Assembly (NCBI GenBank): GCA_040289265.1
Contig: PSKW01000011.1
Coordinates: 14,632-78,631, forward strand
Length of the DNA stretch: 64,000 nt
Direction: 5' to 3'
Source of the DNA: Gemmataceae bacterium
GTDB taxonomy: Bacteria; Planctomycetota; Planctomycetia; Gemmatales; HRBIN36
Shown here: in pieces, positions 38,947-49,557 of the stretch
How the letters are laid out: each line of letters begins with the position of its first letter
Numbering within the stretch: position 1 is the first letter of the stretch
Notes under the pieces: model-generated
The model's input: only the letters and a program-made list of their open reading frames with translations
What the model was told of the DNA's origin: nothing
Database searches by the model: none
Program-made: the position numbers and the translations under genes

Positions 38947-41900
38947 ATGCCCCAGGACAAGCCGGGAAAAGGCTGGCGCCAAACGTCCGGTGCACCTTCG
39001 GGTCGGGCCAAGCAAACGTGGAAGCAAGAGTCCCTGGAGCGGCCTGCTTGGGCCTCGCGCCGCACGGTTATGCTCCTCCAATTGGGTGCAGCACTTTGTG
39101 TCGTCCTCGGGTTGGTCTTCTGGCTCGTCTGGTGGCTCTGGCCTCCGCGCGCGACCACGCTGTTCATCGTTTGCGCCGACTACGGGAACAATTTAACTGT
39201 GCCGGCCAATCTGAGCGGCTGGCGTACGGCAACGCGTCTGGCGCAACTGGCTTCCCACGACCAGCAGCATTTCCGCCTGCCCCGAGCGTTGACCCCCTTT
39301 ACGGACCTCGACCCGTGGCTCCAAAACATACCCGATCTGGGGCGCGGTCAATTGCTGGTCTACCTCAGTCTGCATTACACGTTGACGCCCAACGGCGTAG
39401 TCTTTTTGACCGATGGGGCCAATCCACAAGCGATATCCCGGCAGCAGCCGGGCCAAGTCGTCGCCTTCGAGGAATGCTTGCAACACCTGGAAAAAATCGC
39501 CGCCAAAAACGGCAAGGTGCTCCTTGTGGACTTGCCCAACGCTATCCTTGCTCATGAATGGGGCACGACGCACGTCCAACTTCCCCACTACATCAAATCG
39601 CTCGACGACAGGATCCGCGCTGTACCCGGGCTAGTCGTCATCCTCGCCTGCGACGAGGGAGAAAATGCTTGGGCTATCCCACACCTAGGGACCAGCGTTT
39701 TCGGTCACTTCATGGTCGAGGGTCTTTTGGGAGCTGCCGACGGTGCCGGCAATGGCAAACGAGACGGGAATATCTCGGCGGCTGAACTGTTCGATTACCT
39801 GTACGCTCAGGTAGATGGGTGGGTGCGAGTGAACCGGCAAGCGCGGCAGCGGCCGGTCCTTCTGCCGCTGGGCGAGGAAGGACGTCGCCGCGCTGCCGAC
39901 ACGGTTTTGGTCTTCGGATGCCCCACATATACACCGCAGGAGCCGCAGACAGCTCAACCTGTTTGGCAGGTACTGCGCGAAACCTGGCACAAGTGGGACA
40001 GTTTAGAGAACTCGGAGGCACCGCCCGTGGCGCTTGCACCCCTTCTTTGGCAACGCTATACCGCGTGGGTCATGCGGCTGGAAGAGTCAGCCCTTGTGGG
40101 CGATGCCGCTCAGGTGAAACGCATCCAGGACCGACTCCGCGCTCTCGAAGAAGAGTTGACCAGCGGCATCGGTCCAGGGGGTTGGGAAACGACCGCCTTC
40201 AATTTGCCGTCTGCGCGCGTCCTGGAACCAGGCGCGGCACGACCGGAAGCGATCGCCAAGGCTTTTGCCGATCCGGCGTGGCGCTTGCTGTGGGCCGACA
40301 ATGCCGATGTGGAAGCCACATGGCTCGCACGCTGGAAATCGCTCCTGGCACAATTCGCTCCTGGCAGCGACGTGCCGCCCCGGTGGCTGATCCACGACAC
40401 TGCCGACTTCCTTTTGCAGCAAGTCATCGCCTCCCCGGATCGCACCCGTATAGCCCGTCTCAAACAAATCATGGGACGCTGGAACCGAGAGCGCAGGCCA
40501 GTAGAGTTGCATTACCTGGCCCTGGTGCATCGCGATATGTTCGACCACCGCAGTCCCGCGGAAAGCGATGCAGCTCTTTTAGGCGCAGCCTTGACCAGTG
40601 CCCGGCTGGCGGAACGAGCGGCCTGGGCACAGACCGGACGCTCTCCGACTCGTTGCCACTGGGTGTTTCCATGGACCCGGTCTTTGCTCGAGGCAGCCGA
40701 TGCCTTGCGTCGGCATGGGCAAGACCGCGTCCTCTATGGCTCCGGAGCTCCCGAATTGCACAAATCCATAGAAGCCTATCAGCAGGCCCTAGAAACTGCC
40801 GCCATGGTTCAGGAATGCCTGCACATCCGCGACAGACTGCTCTTTCGGCTGCCTTTCCTGGGCGAGTGGCTGGCCCGCCGGCAGGCAACTGGCACCGATC
40901 CTGCAGACGCCACGCGCCTGGAAGAGTTGCTACAGTTGTGGGCCGATTTGCACGCCTGGTGTGAAGAGTGGCGTCGCCTGGACGCGAAGACGTTGAGCAA
41001 ATTGCACGCTCGGACCAAAGATTTGTGGACCCGCTACGAGACGCGCCTGGAGCAGCCACTTTTGAAGCACTGCCGTCAGCTGGCTGAGGAGACGGCCTCG
41101 ACCCAGAGCGCTTGGCATGCACTGGACGACGCGCTGGTAGTGCCTTTTCTGGGGGCCGAACTACGCATGGTGCTTCTCGAGCGCAGGCGCCAAGTGGGGC
41201 TGGCACTGCACAGCGCCACACAGGAACAGTTGCAGCACGGCACCACAGGCATAAACCCGGACGACCAAGTGCGCCACACGAAAGTTTTGGCGCGCGAACG
41301 CGGTCGTTTGCTGCTCGCCAGACTAGCCGCTGCCTGGGCCACTGGTCAGGACCGCGAATCTCCCGAGCAACTCCGTCGGCAGCTCGATACCTTGCCGTCG
41401 GATGCCCGCTGGAACGAATCCCTGGCGCTCGTGGGACAGCAGCTGGCCTTGCACACCCTCGGCGCCATTCCTCGGGTAGTTCAGCAAATAGAACAAGTGC
41501 GCCGAACCCCGTCCACCGACTGGAGCGCACTGGTGCAGGCCGATCTCATGCTCCGCCTAGCAGGACCTGTCACAGCAGAAACGTTCGCCAGCTCGGCGGT
41601 GGGTCGGCAGGTACTTCATTCGGCACTGGCTGCCTATCTGACTTGGCATGCGCAACGAGCTTACGAAGATCACTGGTACGGAGAGACGAGCGAAGAAGAG
41701 CCCTACTATAGACGCGCCGGTGCCGCCTATGCGCGCGATGCCCTGGCCCTATGGACCGGGCAGCGCCAGCTGCAACCGGCCAAAAGCGAAGAGCTTGCCA
41801 GCGTGCAGACGCTGCGGCATCTGTTCGAGCGCCTGCAACAGGATACCGCTCTAAAAGTGGTACCTGCCCAAGCCGGACCGTTAGTGGTGACGACGGAGCC

Positions 41901-44067
41901 CAAGGTCACACTGCGTTGTCAAAGCCAGGCTCCACAGACACTACCGGCAGGCGAATGGACCATCGAATGGGCAGGTCAAGGGCCAGGTCTGGAACGCGGG
42001 GCCAAGCCCGCCCGCTTGCCGTTCGTCTGGCCGGCTCCCACTCCAGGTTACGTAGAGTTGGAGGCGCTGGTAAAACCGTCCCCCAGCACTGGCAAATCCT
42101 TGCGCGCTCCCGAGCGCCTGGAGAGCTTCGTGCATCTGCGCGCTTTTTACCGTGGCCAGGTCTACGACCTGAGGCTGGCGTGCGTCGTCCAGTCGGAACC
42201 GGACATCGTGTACCGACGATCCCCTTCGACCGAGGCGGCGACGCTTGCGGTGCGAGCCGACAAAGACCTGTCGGAAAGCTACTCGCTCGAAAACGCACAG
42301 GTGGCGATCGTCTTGGACTGCTCCGGCAGTATGATCTGCAATCGCGACGAAGTCGAGGCAGGTATCAAGGAAGGTCGGCGCGTGCGTGCCGTGTTTCGCA
42401 GCGATGTGCTGCACGCAGTGCGCAAGGTCATCCATACGCTGCCAGCCAGCTGCACGGTGAGCTTTTGGACTTTTGGCGAAGCCGGCACTCCCTCGCGCTA
42501 CGTAGAGCATCCAGAGAGCACGGTGCGCCGCCTGCTCGATCCAGGACCTTTTACGGCTGCTCGGCGCGACGAGTTACTCCGACGCATCGCAGACATCGAG
42601 CCGTACAACGAGTCGCCGGTGGCATATACCATGGGTCTTGCCAAGCGCGATTTCGACTCGGAGTTCCAAGGCCTGAAATTGCTCCTCGTCATCAGTGACG
42701 GCATGGACAATCGTTTCCACATTCCCGATACCCAAAAAGACCTGCCTGCCAAGGCGCCGCGCTTCAATCCGGACGGTAAAAAACAGATCCCCGCCTTCCT
42801 TCAAGAACAACTAGCCGGCAGCGGAATCGTGTGCTTTATGGTCTTTGCCGTGACTACGGCCGACGACAAAGAACGGGAACAGGCGCAAAAACAATTCGAA
42901 GTCCTGCGCGAGTTGGGAGGCGACTTTTTCTTCGTCACCGATCTGAATACTCTGGCCGGTCGGCTGCAAGATGTGCTCCGTCGCTCCCAGCGGCTGCACT
43001 ATCGTGTCGAGCGCGAACGCGGCCAGATCGTTTACCCAGCGGCCGGGGTGGGACCGGAACAGGACATCAGCAATCCCGGCGAAGCCGACCGCTGGTTCGG
43101 CGCTGTACCGCCGGGTACCTATCTGCTGCGCGTGGGGAACGACGATCGCTACAAGCAATACGTGGAGGTGCACCGGGGCGATCGTTTGCTGCTGCGTTTG
43201 ACCCGTCGCGGGTTCGTGCGCGATTTGTTCGCTACCGATTTCGCTGACAGGCCGCGTCAGTATTCGACCGACAAACACTGGCTAGCGGCGGTCCTGCAAA
43301 GTCGCCGACGACCCCAGGATCGCGTCCTGGAAGCCATGCTTACGGTAGAAGACGCAGCAGAGCGGAGCGCCCCCGACGGTACTCTGCGCTTGCTCTATCC
43401 CCGTTTTCTTTGGATGGAAGCGGTGTCTCCAGCAAGTCAGCACCCCTTGGCACAACGGTACCTGGATTTGCGCGGTTATCCGGCGCCGGCATGGCACGTG
43501 GAATTGGCCGGCCCCGACGGTTGGCCTGTAGATGCGCACACCCAAGAGCCGCTGCCCACCGCGTGGCGCATTTGGGCAGCTCGGCAGCCGGCGTTCGCTG
43601 CCGTGCTGAGGAAGTCGGTTCATTTTCAGGACCTGAACCAATTGTCCGGCCGCCGACTCGATAGCTGGCCGGATGTGGCTGCGGAGGAAACCGCACGGCA
43701 GGTAACCATCGAAAGCGCCGGTTTGGAGACGGTCGCTGTAACAGATCCCCAGGGCAAGTCGCTTACGGTTCCCGCGCTGGTACTACGCCTGCGGCACGCA
43801 CCTGACCGGCCCATACTGGTGGAATTGGAACCCGATCCAGGCGGCGCCGAGCATCGTTTCTTCACTGCGCTCGGCCGCACGACGACGCTTTTTTGGCCTA
43901 TGAGCCTTGCCGATTTCGAAGGCCGATTGCGAGCGATTCGACTCCTCGACGTGGAACGAAGCAAAAAGCTCAGCGAAGATGCCGGCGGGCGCATAGAGCT
44001 CCGCCTGGATCGTCACGATGCACGCACCCGTCCGGCACCGGTGCCGGTGCCTGCCTCACGCTTTTGA
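38947..44067 (+). CDS. 1706-aa membrane-anchored protein with a degenerate caspase-like (C14) domain, a helical region and a vWA domain
   Basis: Single N-terminal TM; YLSLHY, VLLVDLP, ILACDEGE, SVFGHF, GAADG...DGNISAAELFDYL, QRP; vWA MIDAS LDCSGSM, SPVA, ISDG. Confidence 0.75.
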   Translation: MPQDKPGKGWRQTSGAPSGRAKQTWKQESLERPAWASRRTVMLLQLGAALCVVLGLVFWLVWWLWPPRATTLFIVCADYGNNLTVPANLSGWRTATRLAQLASHDQQHFRLPRALTPFTDLDPWLQNIPDLGRGQLLVYLSLHYTLTPNGVVFLTDGANPQAISRQQPGQVVAFEECLQHLEKIAAKNGKVLLVDLPNAILAHEWGTTHVQLPHYIKSLDDRIRAVPGLVVILACDEGENAWAIPHLGTSVFGHFMVEGLLGAADGAGNGKRDGNISAAELFDYLYAQVDGWVRVNRQARQRPVLLPLGEEGRRRAADTVLVFGCPTYTPQEPQTAQPVWQVLRETWHKWDSLENSEAPPVALAPLLWQRYTAWVMRLEESALVGDAAQVKRIQDRLRALEEELTSGIGPGGWETTAFNLPSARVLEPGAARPEAIAKAFADPAWRLLWADNADVEATWLARWKSLLAQFAPGSDVPPRWLIHDTADFLLQQVIASPDRTRIARLKQIMGRWNRERRPVELHYLALVHRDMFDHRSPAESDAALLGAALTSARLAERAAWAQTGRSPTRCHWVFPWTRSLLEAADALRRHGQDRVLYGSGAPELHKSIEAYQQALETAAMVQECLHIRDRLLFRLPFLGEWLARRQATGTDPADATRLEELLQLWADLHAWCEEWRRLDAKTLSKLHARTKDLWTRYETRLEQPLLKHCRQLAEETASTQSAWHALDDALVVPFLGAELRMVLLERRRQVGLALHSATQEQLQHGTTGINPDDQVRHTKVLARERGRLLLARLAAAWATGQDRESPEQLRRQLDTLPSDARWNESLALVGQQLALHTLGAIPRVVQQIEQVRRTPSTDWSALVQADLMLRLAGPVTAETFASSAVGRQVLHSALAAYLTWHAQRAYEDHWYGETSEEEPYYRRAGAAYARDALALWTGQRQLQPAKSEELASVQTLRHLFERLQQDTALKVVPAQAGPLVVTTEPKVTLRCQSQAPQTLPAGEWTIEWAGQGPGLERGAKPARLPFVWPAPTPGYVELEALVKPSPSTGKSLRAPERLESFVHLRAFYRGQVYDLRLACVVQSEPDIVYRRSPSTEAATLAVRADKDLSESYSLENAQVAIVLDCSGSMICNRDEVEAGIKEGRRVRAVFRSDVLHAVRKVIHTLPASCTVSFWTFGEAGTPSRYVEHPESTVRRLLDPGPFTAARRDELLRRIADIEPYNESPVAYTMGLAKRDFDSEFQGLKLLLVISDGMDNRFHIPDTQKDLPAKAPRFNPDGKKQIPAFLQEQLAGSGIVCFMVFAVTTADDKEREQAQKQFEVLRELGGDFFFVTDLNTLAGRLQDVLRRSQRLHYRVERERGQIVYPAAGVGPEQDISNPGEADRWFGAVPPGTYLLRVGNDDRYKQYVEVHRGDRLLLRLTRRGFVRDLFATDFADRPRQYSTDKHWLAAVLQSRRRPQDRVLEAMLTVEDAAERSAPDGTLRLLYPRFLWMEAVSPASQHPLAQRYLDLRGYPAPAWHVELAGPDGWPVDAHTQEPLPTAWRIWAARQPAFAAVLRKSVHFQDLNQLSGRRLDSWPDVAAEETARQVTIESAGLETVAVTDPQGKSLTVPALVLRLRHAPDRPILVELEPDPGGAEHRFFTALGRTTTLFWPMSLADFEGRLRAIRLLDVERSKKLSEDAGGRIELRLDRHDARTRPAPVPVPASRF

Positions 44068-44085
44068 AACAGGAGGGCGTCGGCC

Positions 44086-47000
44086 ATGGCAGAACAGCCA
44101 TTCGGTCAAAAAAAATCGTGGCGCGCTGACTTGCCCAGCAAGCAGCCATCTCGGACCCGTGACCTGGCCACTTTGATCTCCCTCATCCTCGTCCTGTCGG
44201 GCACGATCCTGGGGTTGCTGTGGTATTTCTGGCCGGTGGCCCCGCCTCATTGGCGCATCCTGTGGATCAGCGAGTACGAACCTCCTTTGCCTCCGCATGT
44301 CTTCTCTCCCACGGTCGCACAGCGATGGACGGAGCTGTTCCAGGATGGCCGGCTGGCCTTCGCCAGTCAGGAAGCACCGCGCATGCATCAAGAACTGGAA
44401 TCGCTGAAAGAACACAAGGGGCCGGTCGCACTGATCGTCAGCAGCCTGAGCTGCGAAGACAAGAACGGGCGGCTACGTTTGGCCCCAGCACGCACTCCCG
44501 TGCGAACCGCCGCGGACATCGAACAATGGCCGGCATTGGACGACGTGCTGGCAGCGCTCGCCGCCTGCCCAGCACAGCAAAAACTGCTCATCTTGGATGT
44601 GTTCGTGCCCTGGGCTGCTTCCGACCTTTGGGGCGGCCCCATGAGCGAGAGAACCTGGAAACAGCTGCACGAGGCAACTCAAACCGACAAGCATTTGTCC
44701 GTGCTCACCTCGTGCGCTTTGGGGCAAATATCCTGCCGCTCCGAGCTGCATCCCCCTACGCTGTTCATGCACTTCGTCTTCGAAGGACTTCGAGGCGCCG
44801 CCGATGGCTTCGGACCTACCGGCAAACAAGACCGCATCGTGACCTTGAAAGAATTGGCCCACTACGTAGCCGAGCACACTTCCACCTACAGCCAGCGGCT
44901 TTGGGGTCGAGCCCAGACGCCGCACCTGATAGGCGCCGAGCAGGACCGTGAGCTGGCTGTGGTCAAAGAGAGCGAGGTGGCACCCGAGCCATCCAAGAGG
45001 ACTTCGATCGCTTATCCACCGATCCTTCTGCAAGGTTGGGTCTTGTGTGATACGCTGGAACAAAGCGACGGCCTGTGGTTAGCCCCTGACCTTCTTTACG
45101 ATTTCCGAAAGCGCTTGCTTCGCGAGGAAATCCGCTGGCGCCAGGGGGACGATCCAGCCCAAATACAACCACGAGTCGCTGCCTTGCTCGACGATCTGCG
45201 CGGTCAGGTGCAAAAAAGAAGGCAAGCGTTCACTGGCTCGCTTCAAGCTGCTGCACGCAGTCTGCCCCTCCATCTGGCGCTGACTCAGGGTAGCGTGAGC
45301 CATGAGCTGGTCGGCTGGCTGCGGCAAGAATGTGCCGGCTGGGACGACGCATCAGCCGGTCTCAAAGCCGACGAAGTATCGCCGGCGCGCACAAAGCGGG
45401 TCAAGGAGATGATCGCTCATGCCCGCGACAAGCACAAAACCAGCGAGGAAAAGCTAGCCTGGGCGGCTTTGCTGCTGCTCGCAGAATCCCCCACACAGGA
45501 GCGCCTTGTCTTGGTACGCGCTTTGTACGAGGCATTGTCGCTTCCGCCTGCAGTCGAAAAGTCGGTCGTCGAGGGCTTGTCCAAACATTGGGACAGGGCG
45601 CCTGTGGATCTGTTGCGCTCTTATTTGCAAAGTATGCTAGCCCTGGAAGAAGCGCTGGCCGGCGTAGCCCGAGTCGAAAGCGCCGAGGCTATTCATTTTG
45701 TGGTAGTGCCAGTCGTCTCGGATGCCGATCGGGCCCAGGTGCGCAAAGCGCTCCAGGCCCGGCTCGAGGGAGAGCTGGCATGGGCTTATGCCTATCTGCT
45801 CGATCGCGACCAGGCACTTGCGCTGCTGCGGGAGTGTGCCCAGGCGTGCGAACTGATCAACCAGCGCCGGCGTCACGTTGCTTTTGCCCTACAGGCCCAT
45901 TGGCGCGGCACCTGGGATTACCATGCCGCACTGGAGCGTGACTTGGGCATGGCCTATCTACCTGGGGGCAGGTCGCACCGGGCAGCAGCCCCTCGAACCC
46001 CTGCTTTGCAGCTGATTCGCACCCATCTGGCGGCCCTGTACCGCAACGACACGCCGACTTCGAACATGGATGTTTTGCGCGAGAGTGCTGAACAAGTGCT
46101 CCGGCAAAGCCAGGGAGTCCCACCCCATGCCGACGCGTCGCTAGAAGGCTTAGCCGAATGGCTGGCCCGTCCCGACCTCCCAGCGGCGGCCCGTGTGGCA
46201 GTTTGGGACCGCTACTGGAAGGAGTTGACCACACGATGCGAGCAGATCGCTGCACAGGGTCCGGCTAGCCAGGTATCTCCGCCTGGGGACCCTGAACCAG
46301 TGGGCCAGCCAGATGCCGGCTTGCTCCGCGACCTCCAGGCAGAAGGGCAAAACGCCCGACACTTTTACACCTCCTTGCCAGAGGCATTGGTAGCCGGCAT
46401 GGGCGTACTGCACGACTCGCTGGTCCAGCGATACCGATGGGAGGCCGACGAGAGACAGGCGACGGATTTGCCTTTGTCCTCCTTTTACGAGAGTGCGGCA
46501 GTGGCAACGGGCGCGCCTCCACGCCGCGCACGCCCTGAGCTGGATGTCCAAACTTCGCCGACGGCCGATCGGTCCCCGCAGGCACAACTGGCCTTGATCG
46601 TGCGTTTTCCCCGAGGCCAACAGGACCAGGAAAATCATTTGGAGTTACTCATCGCCGATACCGGTGTGTTTTCCGCCACGCCCCGTTCGTGGAGCTTGAA
46701 AAACGCGGCTCGCACCGATAGCGGTGGCTCCATGGCCCGATGTACGTTGCGTCTGCGTCCCGGCGCCGGTTCTCCTGGTAACCGGCTTTTGTTACGGGCC
46801 ACGAGCCCGGACGACGTCTACTATTTGGCACCGCTCCTGGACCTGACGGCACTCGTTCCGGCGCCCAAGCCCAGTGTTTTTTTCACGAGCGACACGCGGC
46901 CCCCTTATGTGCCTGTGGCCAGAATGCTGCTCAAGCCCAACGTCCCAGAGATTTATCAGGTCGCAGTGGAGTACCCTGCACCGCCCACAGGATCGAAAGC

Positions 47001-48582
47001 AGAGGAGTTGTTGCAGGCGCGTATCGAAGTAGATGTGGGCAGTGCCGTTCTGCGATCCGCACCGGTGGATTTGCGTCCTGGCATGCCGGCACAGACAGTA
47101 CCTCTGACGGCGCCTGTAGGCCTGGACAAAAAAGCTGCCGACATCGGCCCGTCGTTGCTCATCCGTGTGCTGGATGGCAAAGGGAATACGGTGGTCCAGA
47201 GACAGGTGCCGGTGCAGGTGGCCGACGCGACAGACCTTGTGGAGATTGTGCAGGCGCAATACAGACCGCCCGCAGCTGGCAAGCCAAGCACTCTGACGGT
47301 TCGGGTGCGAGCACTCGAGAACTTCCTCAAAGCACCATGTCTTGTCGAGCTGGACCTCAATCCTGCGGAAAACAAGCACTTGGCTCATCTCGAACAAGTC
47401 AAAGGCGTGCTGGCGTGTAAACTAGCCCGAGCGGGCGAAGAGCGCGAGCTTTTCGTGGAGGGCATCCGCGTACGCCCCGGAGCCGATCCACAAGGACGTG
47501 TCTTTTTGCACGTCGCCGGCGTCGAGCGGGCCTTCATTTTGCAGGGCACGTTCGCTTCCACGGGCGGCCTCGTTCCCTTGCGTATAGCCCAGGGCAATCC
47601 TCGTCTGCGTTTAGCCGTTCCGCGCGTTATCGCGACCGGTCGCGACCTATTCGTGCAGCTCCAGCCTGAGTCCATACCTGATTCCTGCCGCTGCACGGTT
47701 TCTTTGCAAGACCCCAGTGGAAGGCACATCGGCGACTCGCCGTGGCTTTTGCGATCGGCGCGGCAAACGCGGACCGTACTGCGCATGGTACCCGACACAG
47801 GCGGCCTGGAGCTGATGGCCCAGGTAGCCGATTGGCGTTTGCAGGTGCCTACCGAGGGTCTGGCCGGTACGTTCCGAGTGCTGGCGGAAGTATCGAACAC
47901 ACAGGACCAAGTGCTGACCCGGGCCGATGCCGAGGTCACAGTGGATGCCACGCCGCCTGCAGGAATGCGCTTCGTGGATTTGCCAGCCCGGGCCTATCGC
48001 GGGCGCGATCTACCTGTCCATGTCCAGGCTTTCGATCCCGAGTCCGGGATAGCAAAAGTGGTCGTTTTCGTAGGCAAACCGGGCACGGACAACACGATCC
48101 CCAAGGAGGCACCCCTGGCGGTACTGGAGGAGCTGCCCGACGAAACAGGCAGTGACCGAGAGCGAAGGCTCAAACATTTCCACGGACGCTTGCCGATAGC
48201 TCCCGATACGCGTTCGCCTGTCGTCTTGTCTGTGCTGGTCAGCAACGGTGCTGGATCGAGCTCCGGAATGTCGGTTGAGTTGCCGGTCGAAGACGCACCG
48301 GTCGAGCGCGCTGTCATTTTTGGGCGTATCGTCGAGCGCGTCGGCGGCCGCGAGACCCCCCAAAGCGACGTGGCCGTGCTCCTCAAAGACAAGACAGGCA
48401 GGATCCTGGCGCGGACCCGCAGTGACAAGGATGGACGCTTTGAATTTCCCGACTTGGATGCCGGCGTCTATTTTGTGGAAGCCACGCGGCCTGCGCCGGA
48501 CCGTGTCGGTGCAGCTGGTCCTTTGCGGGTGAAGGCGGCTCAAAAATTGGACGCCGGCGACATCAAGCTCACCATCCGCTAG
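44086..48582 (+). CDS. 1498-aa membrane-anchored protein with a degenerate caspase-like domain, a helical region, Ig-like repeats and a C-terminal carboxypeptidase-regulatory-like domain
   Basis: AGGAGG SD; single TM; LLILDVF, LTSCALGQ, GLRGAADG...DRIVTLKELAHYV, QTP; DPESGI; TRSDKDGRFEFPDLDAGVY. Confidence 0.72.
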   Translation: MAEQPFGQKKSWRADLPSKQPSRTRDLATLISLILVLSGTILGLLWYFWPVAPPHWRILWISEYEPPLPPHVFSPTVAQRWTELFQDGRLAFASQEAPRMHQELESLKEHKGPVALIVSSLSCEDKNGRLRLAPARTPVRTAADIEQWPALDDVLAALAACPAQQKLLILDVFVPWAASDLWGGPMSERTWKQLHEATQTDKHLSVLTSCALGQISCRSELHPPTLFMHFVFEGLRGAADGFGPTGKQDRIVTLKELAHYVAEHTSTYSQRLWGRAQTPHLIGAEQDRELAVVKESEVAPEPSKRTSIAYPPILLQGWVLCDTLEQSDGLWLAPDLLYDFRKRLLREEIRWRQGDDPAQIQPRVAALLDDLRGQVQKRRQAFTGSLQAAARSLPLHLALTQGSVSHELVGWLRQECAGWDDASAGLKADEVSPARTKRVKEMIAHARDKHKTSEEKLAWAALLLLAESPTQERLVLVRALYEALSLPPAVEKSVVEGLSKHWDRAPVDLLRSYLQSMLALEEALAGVARVESAEAIHFVVVPVVSDADRAQVRKALQARLEGELAWAYAYLLDRDQALALLRECAQACELINQRRRHVAFALQAHWRGTWDYHAALERDLGMAYLPGGRSHRAAAPRTPALQLIRTHLAALYRNDTPTSNMDVLRESAEQVLRQSQGVPPHADASLEGLAEWLARPDLPAAARVAVWDRYWKELTTRCEQIAAQGPASQVSPPGDPEPVGQPDAGLLRDLQAEGQNARHFYTSLPEALVAGMGVLHDSLVQRYRWEADERQATDLPLSSFYESAAVATGAPPRRARPELDVQTSPTADRSPQAQLALIVRFPRGQQDQENHLELLIADTGVFSATPRSWSLKNAARTDSGGSMARCTLRLRPGAGSPGNRLLLRATSPDDVYYLAPLLDLTALVPAPKPSVFFTSDTRPPYVPVARMLLKPNVPEIYQVAVEYPAPPTGSKAEELLQARIEVDVGSAVLRSAPVDLRPGMPAQTVPLTAPVGLDKKAADIGPSLLIRVLDGKGNTVVQRQVPVQVADATDLVEIVQAQYRPPAAGKPSTLTVRVRALENFLKAPCLVELDLNPAENKHLAHLEQVKGVLACKLARAGEERELFVEGIRVRPGADPQGRVFLHVAGVERAFILQGTFASTGGLVPLRIAQGNPRLRLAVPRVIATGRDLFVQLQPESIPDSCRCTVSLQDPSGRHIGDSPWLLRSARQTRTVLRMVPDTGGLELMAQVADWRLQVPTEGLAGTFRVLAEVSNTQDQVLTRADAEVTVDATPPAGMRFVDLPARAYRGRDLPVHVQAFDPESGIAKVVVFVGKPGTDNTIPKEAPLAVLEELPDETGSDRERRLKHFHGRLPIAPDTRSPVVLSVLVSNGAGSSSGMSVELPVEDAPVERAVIFGRIVERVGGRETPQSDVAVLLKDKTGRILARTRSDKDGRFEFPDLDAGVYFVEATRPAPDRVGAAGPLRVKAAQKLDAGDIKLTIR

Positions 48583-48763
48583 GTCCTCTTCAGGCCCACT
48601 ATTTTCCGACAGCTGGTGCCAGCTGTAAGACGGCACGCGCCCCCGATGTGCCCCGCTGGTTTTTTACTGGTATCGCTCTAGAGGGCATGTATAATTCGTG
48701 GCAGATGTGGTGCAGTTATTCGCAGCGGCAGGCGAGATGTAGCACCTTAGCGGGAGGTCACCT

Positions 48764-49195
48764 ATGGCGTACACAGTGAAGAAGACCGACGTGTATTGTG
48801 CAGAGATGGACGACCAGCCTGGTGCGCTGGCGGCCAAGTTGGCTCCATTAGCCGAGGCTAAAGTCAACTTGGAATTCGTTTTTGCGCGACGTCAGCCGGA
48901 CAAGCCAGGTAAAGGGATCGTGTTCGTGGCTCCCATCAGTACTAGCCGCTCGCGGAAGGTGGCTGAAGCGGCAGGCCTGGTCAAAGCGGCCGATCTGGTG
49001 GCCCTGCGTGTGGATGGCGCCGACAAGCCCGGCGAAGTCGCGCGTATTGCCAAGTGCCTGGGCGCCAACGGTATCAATCTGCGAGGCGTCAGCGCCGCCA
49101 CCATCGGCAAAAAGTTCGTCGTCTTCCTGGCTTTCGACAACGAGACAGACGCCGGCAAAGCAGCTCGACTGATCCGCGCAGGCGCCAAAGTGTGA
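48764..49195 (+). CDS. Tandem ACT-domain protein
   Basis: DQPGALA...AKVNLE and DKPGEVA...NGINL; GGAGG SD. Confidence 0.85.
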   Translation: MAYTVKKTDVYCAEMDDQPGALAAKLAPLAEAKVNLEFVFARRQPDKPGKGIVFVAPISTSRSRKVAEAAGLVKAADLVALRVDGADKPGEVARIAKCLGANGINLRGVSAATIGKKFVVFLAFDNETDAGKAARLIRAGAKV

Positions 49196-49557
49196 CGAGC
49201 GTCTGGTTGTTTCTGTCGGTCGAAAACAGCACCGGTGCTTTGCAGCGCACTGGCCGCTTCCTCCGGGGCGAGCAGATCAAGGACGGCGGCTTGCCCTGGG
49301 GGGGCGGTCTTGACAGCCTGCAGCACCAGCTTGTCATCTGACACATTGAACACGTTCCGCGCTATCGCCCGCGGCCTGCCAGTGCCCCGCAATAACGCAG
49401 TCCCGAACTTTTCGTCACCATGCGGCGGCCTTGACCGTACAGCCTCGGTGGAATCAACGGGGTTATAGCCTGACTTTTTATACTCGCGCTTTTGTACATC
49501 TCATAGTTGGCGACCGTTCGTTTCCCTAGTAGGCCGAGCAGGTATATCTGGAAAGCG

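Noticed and set aside
48892-49392. 166-aa minus-strand ORF in the gap between the ACT and DAACS genes
   Set aside because: Overlaps the ACT gene antisense by about 300 nt and has no recognisable motif or SD.
49485-49498. CGCGCTTTTGTACA resembling a second SOS-type box
   Set aside because: Three mismatches in the left half-site and no repair gene or promoter downstream.
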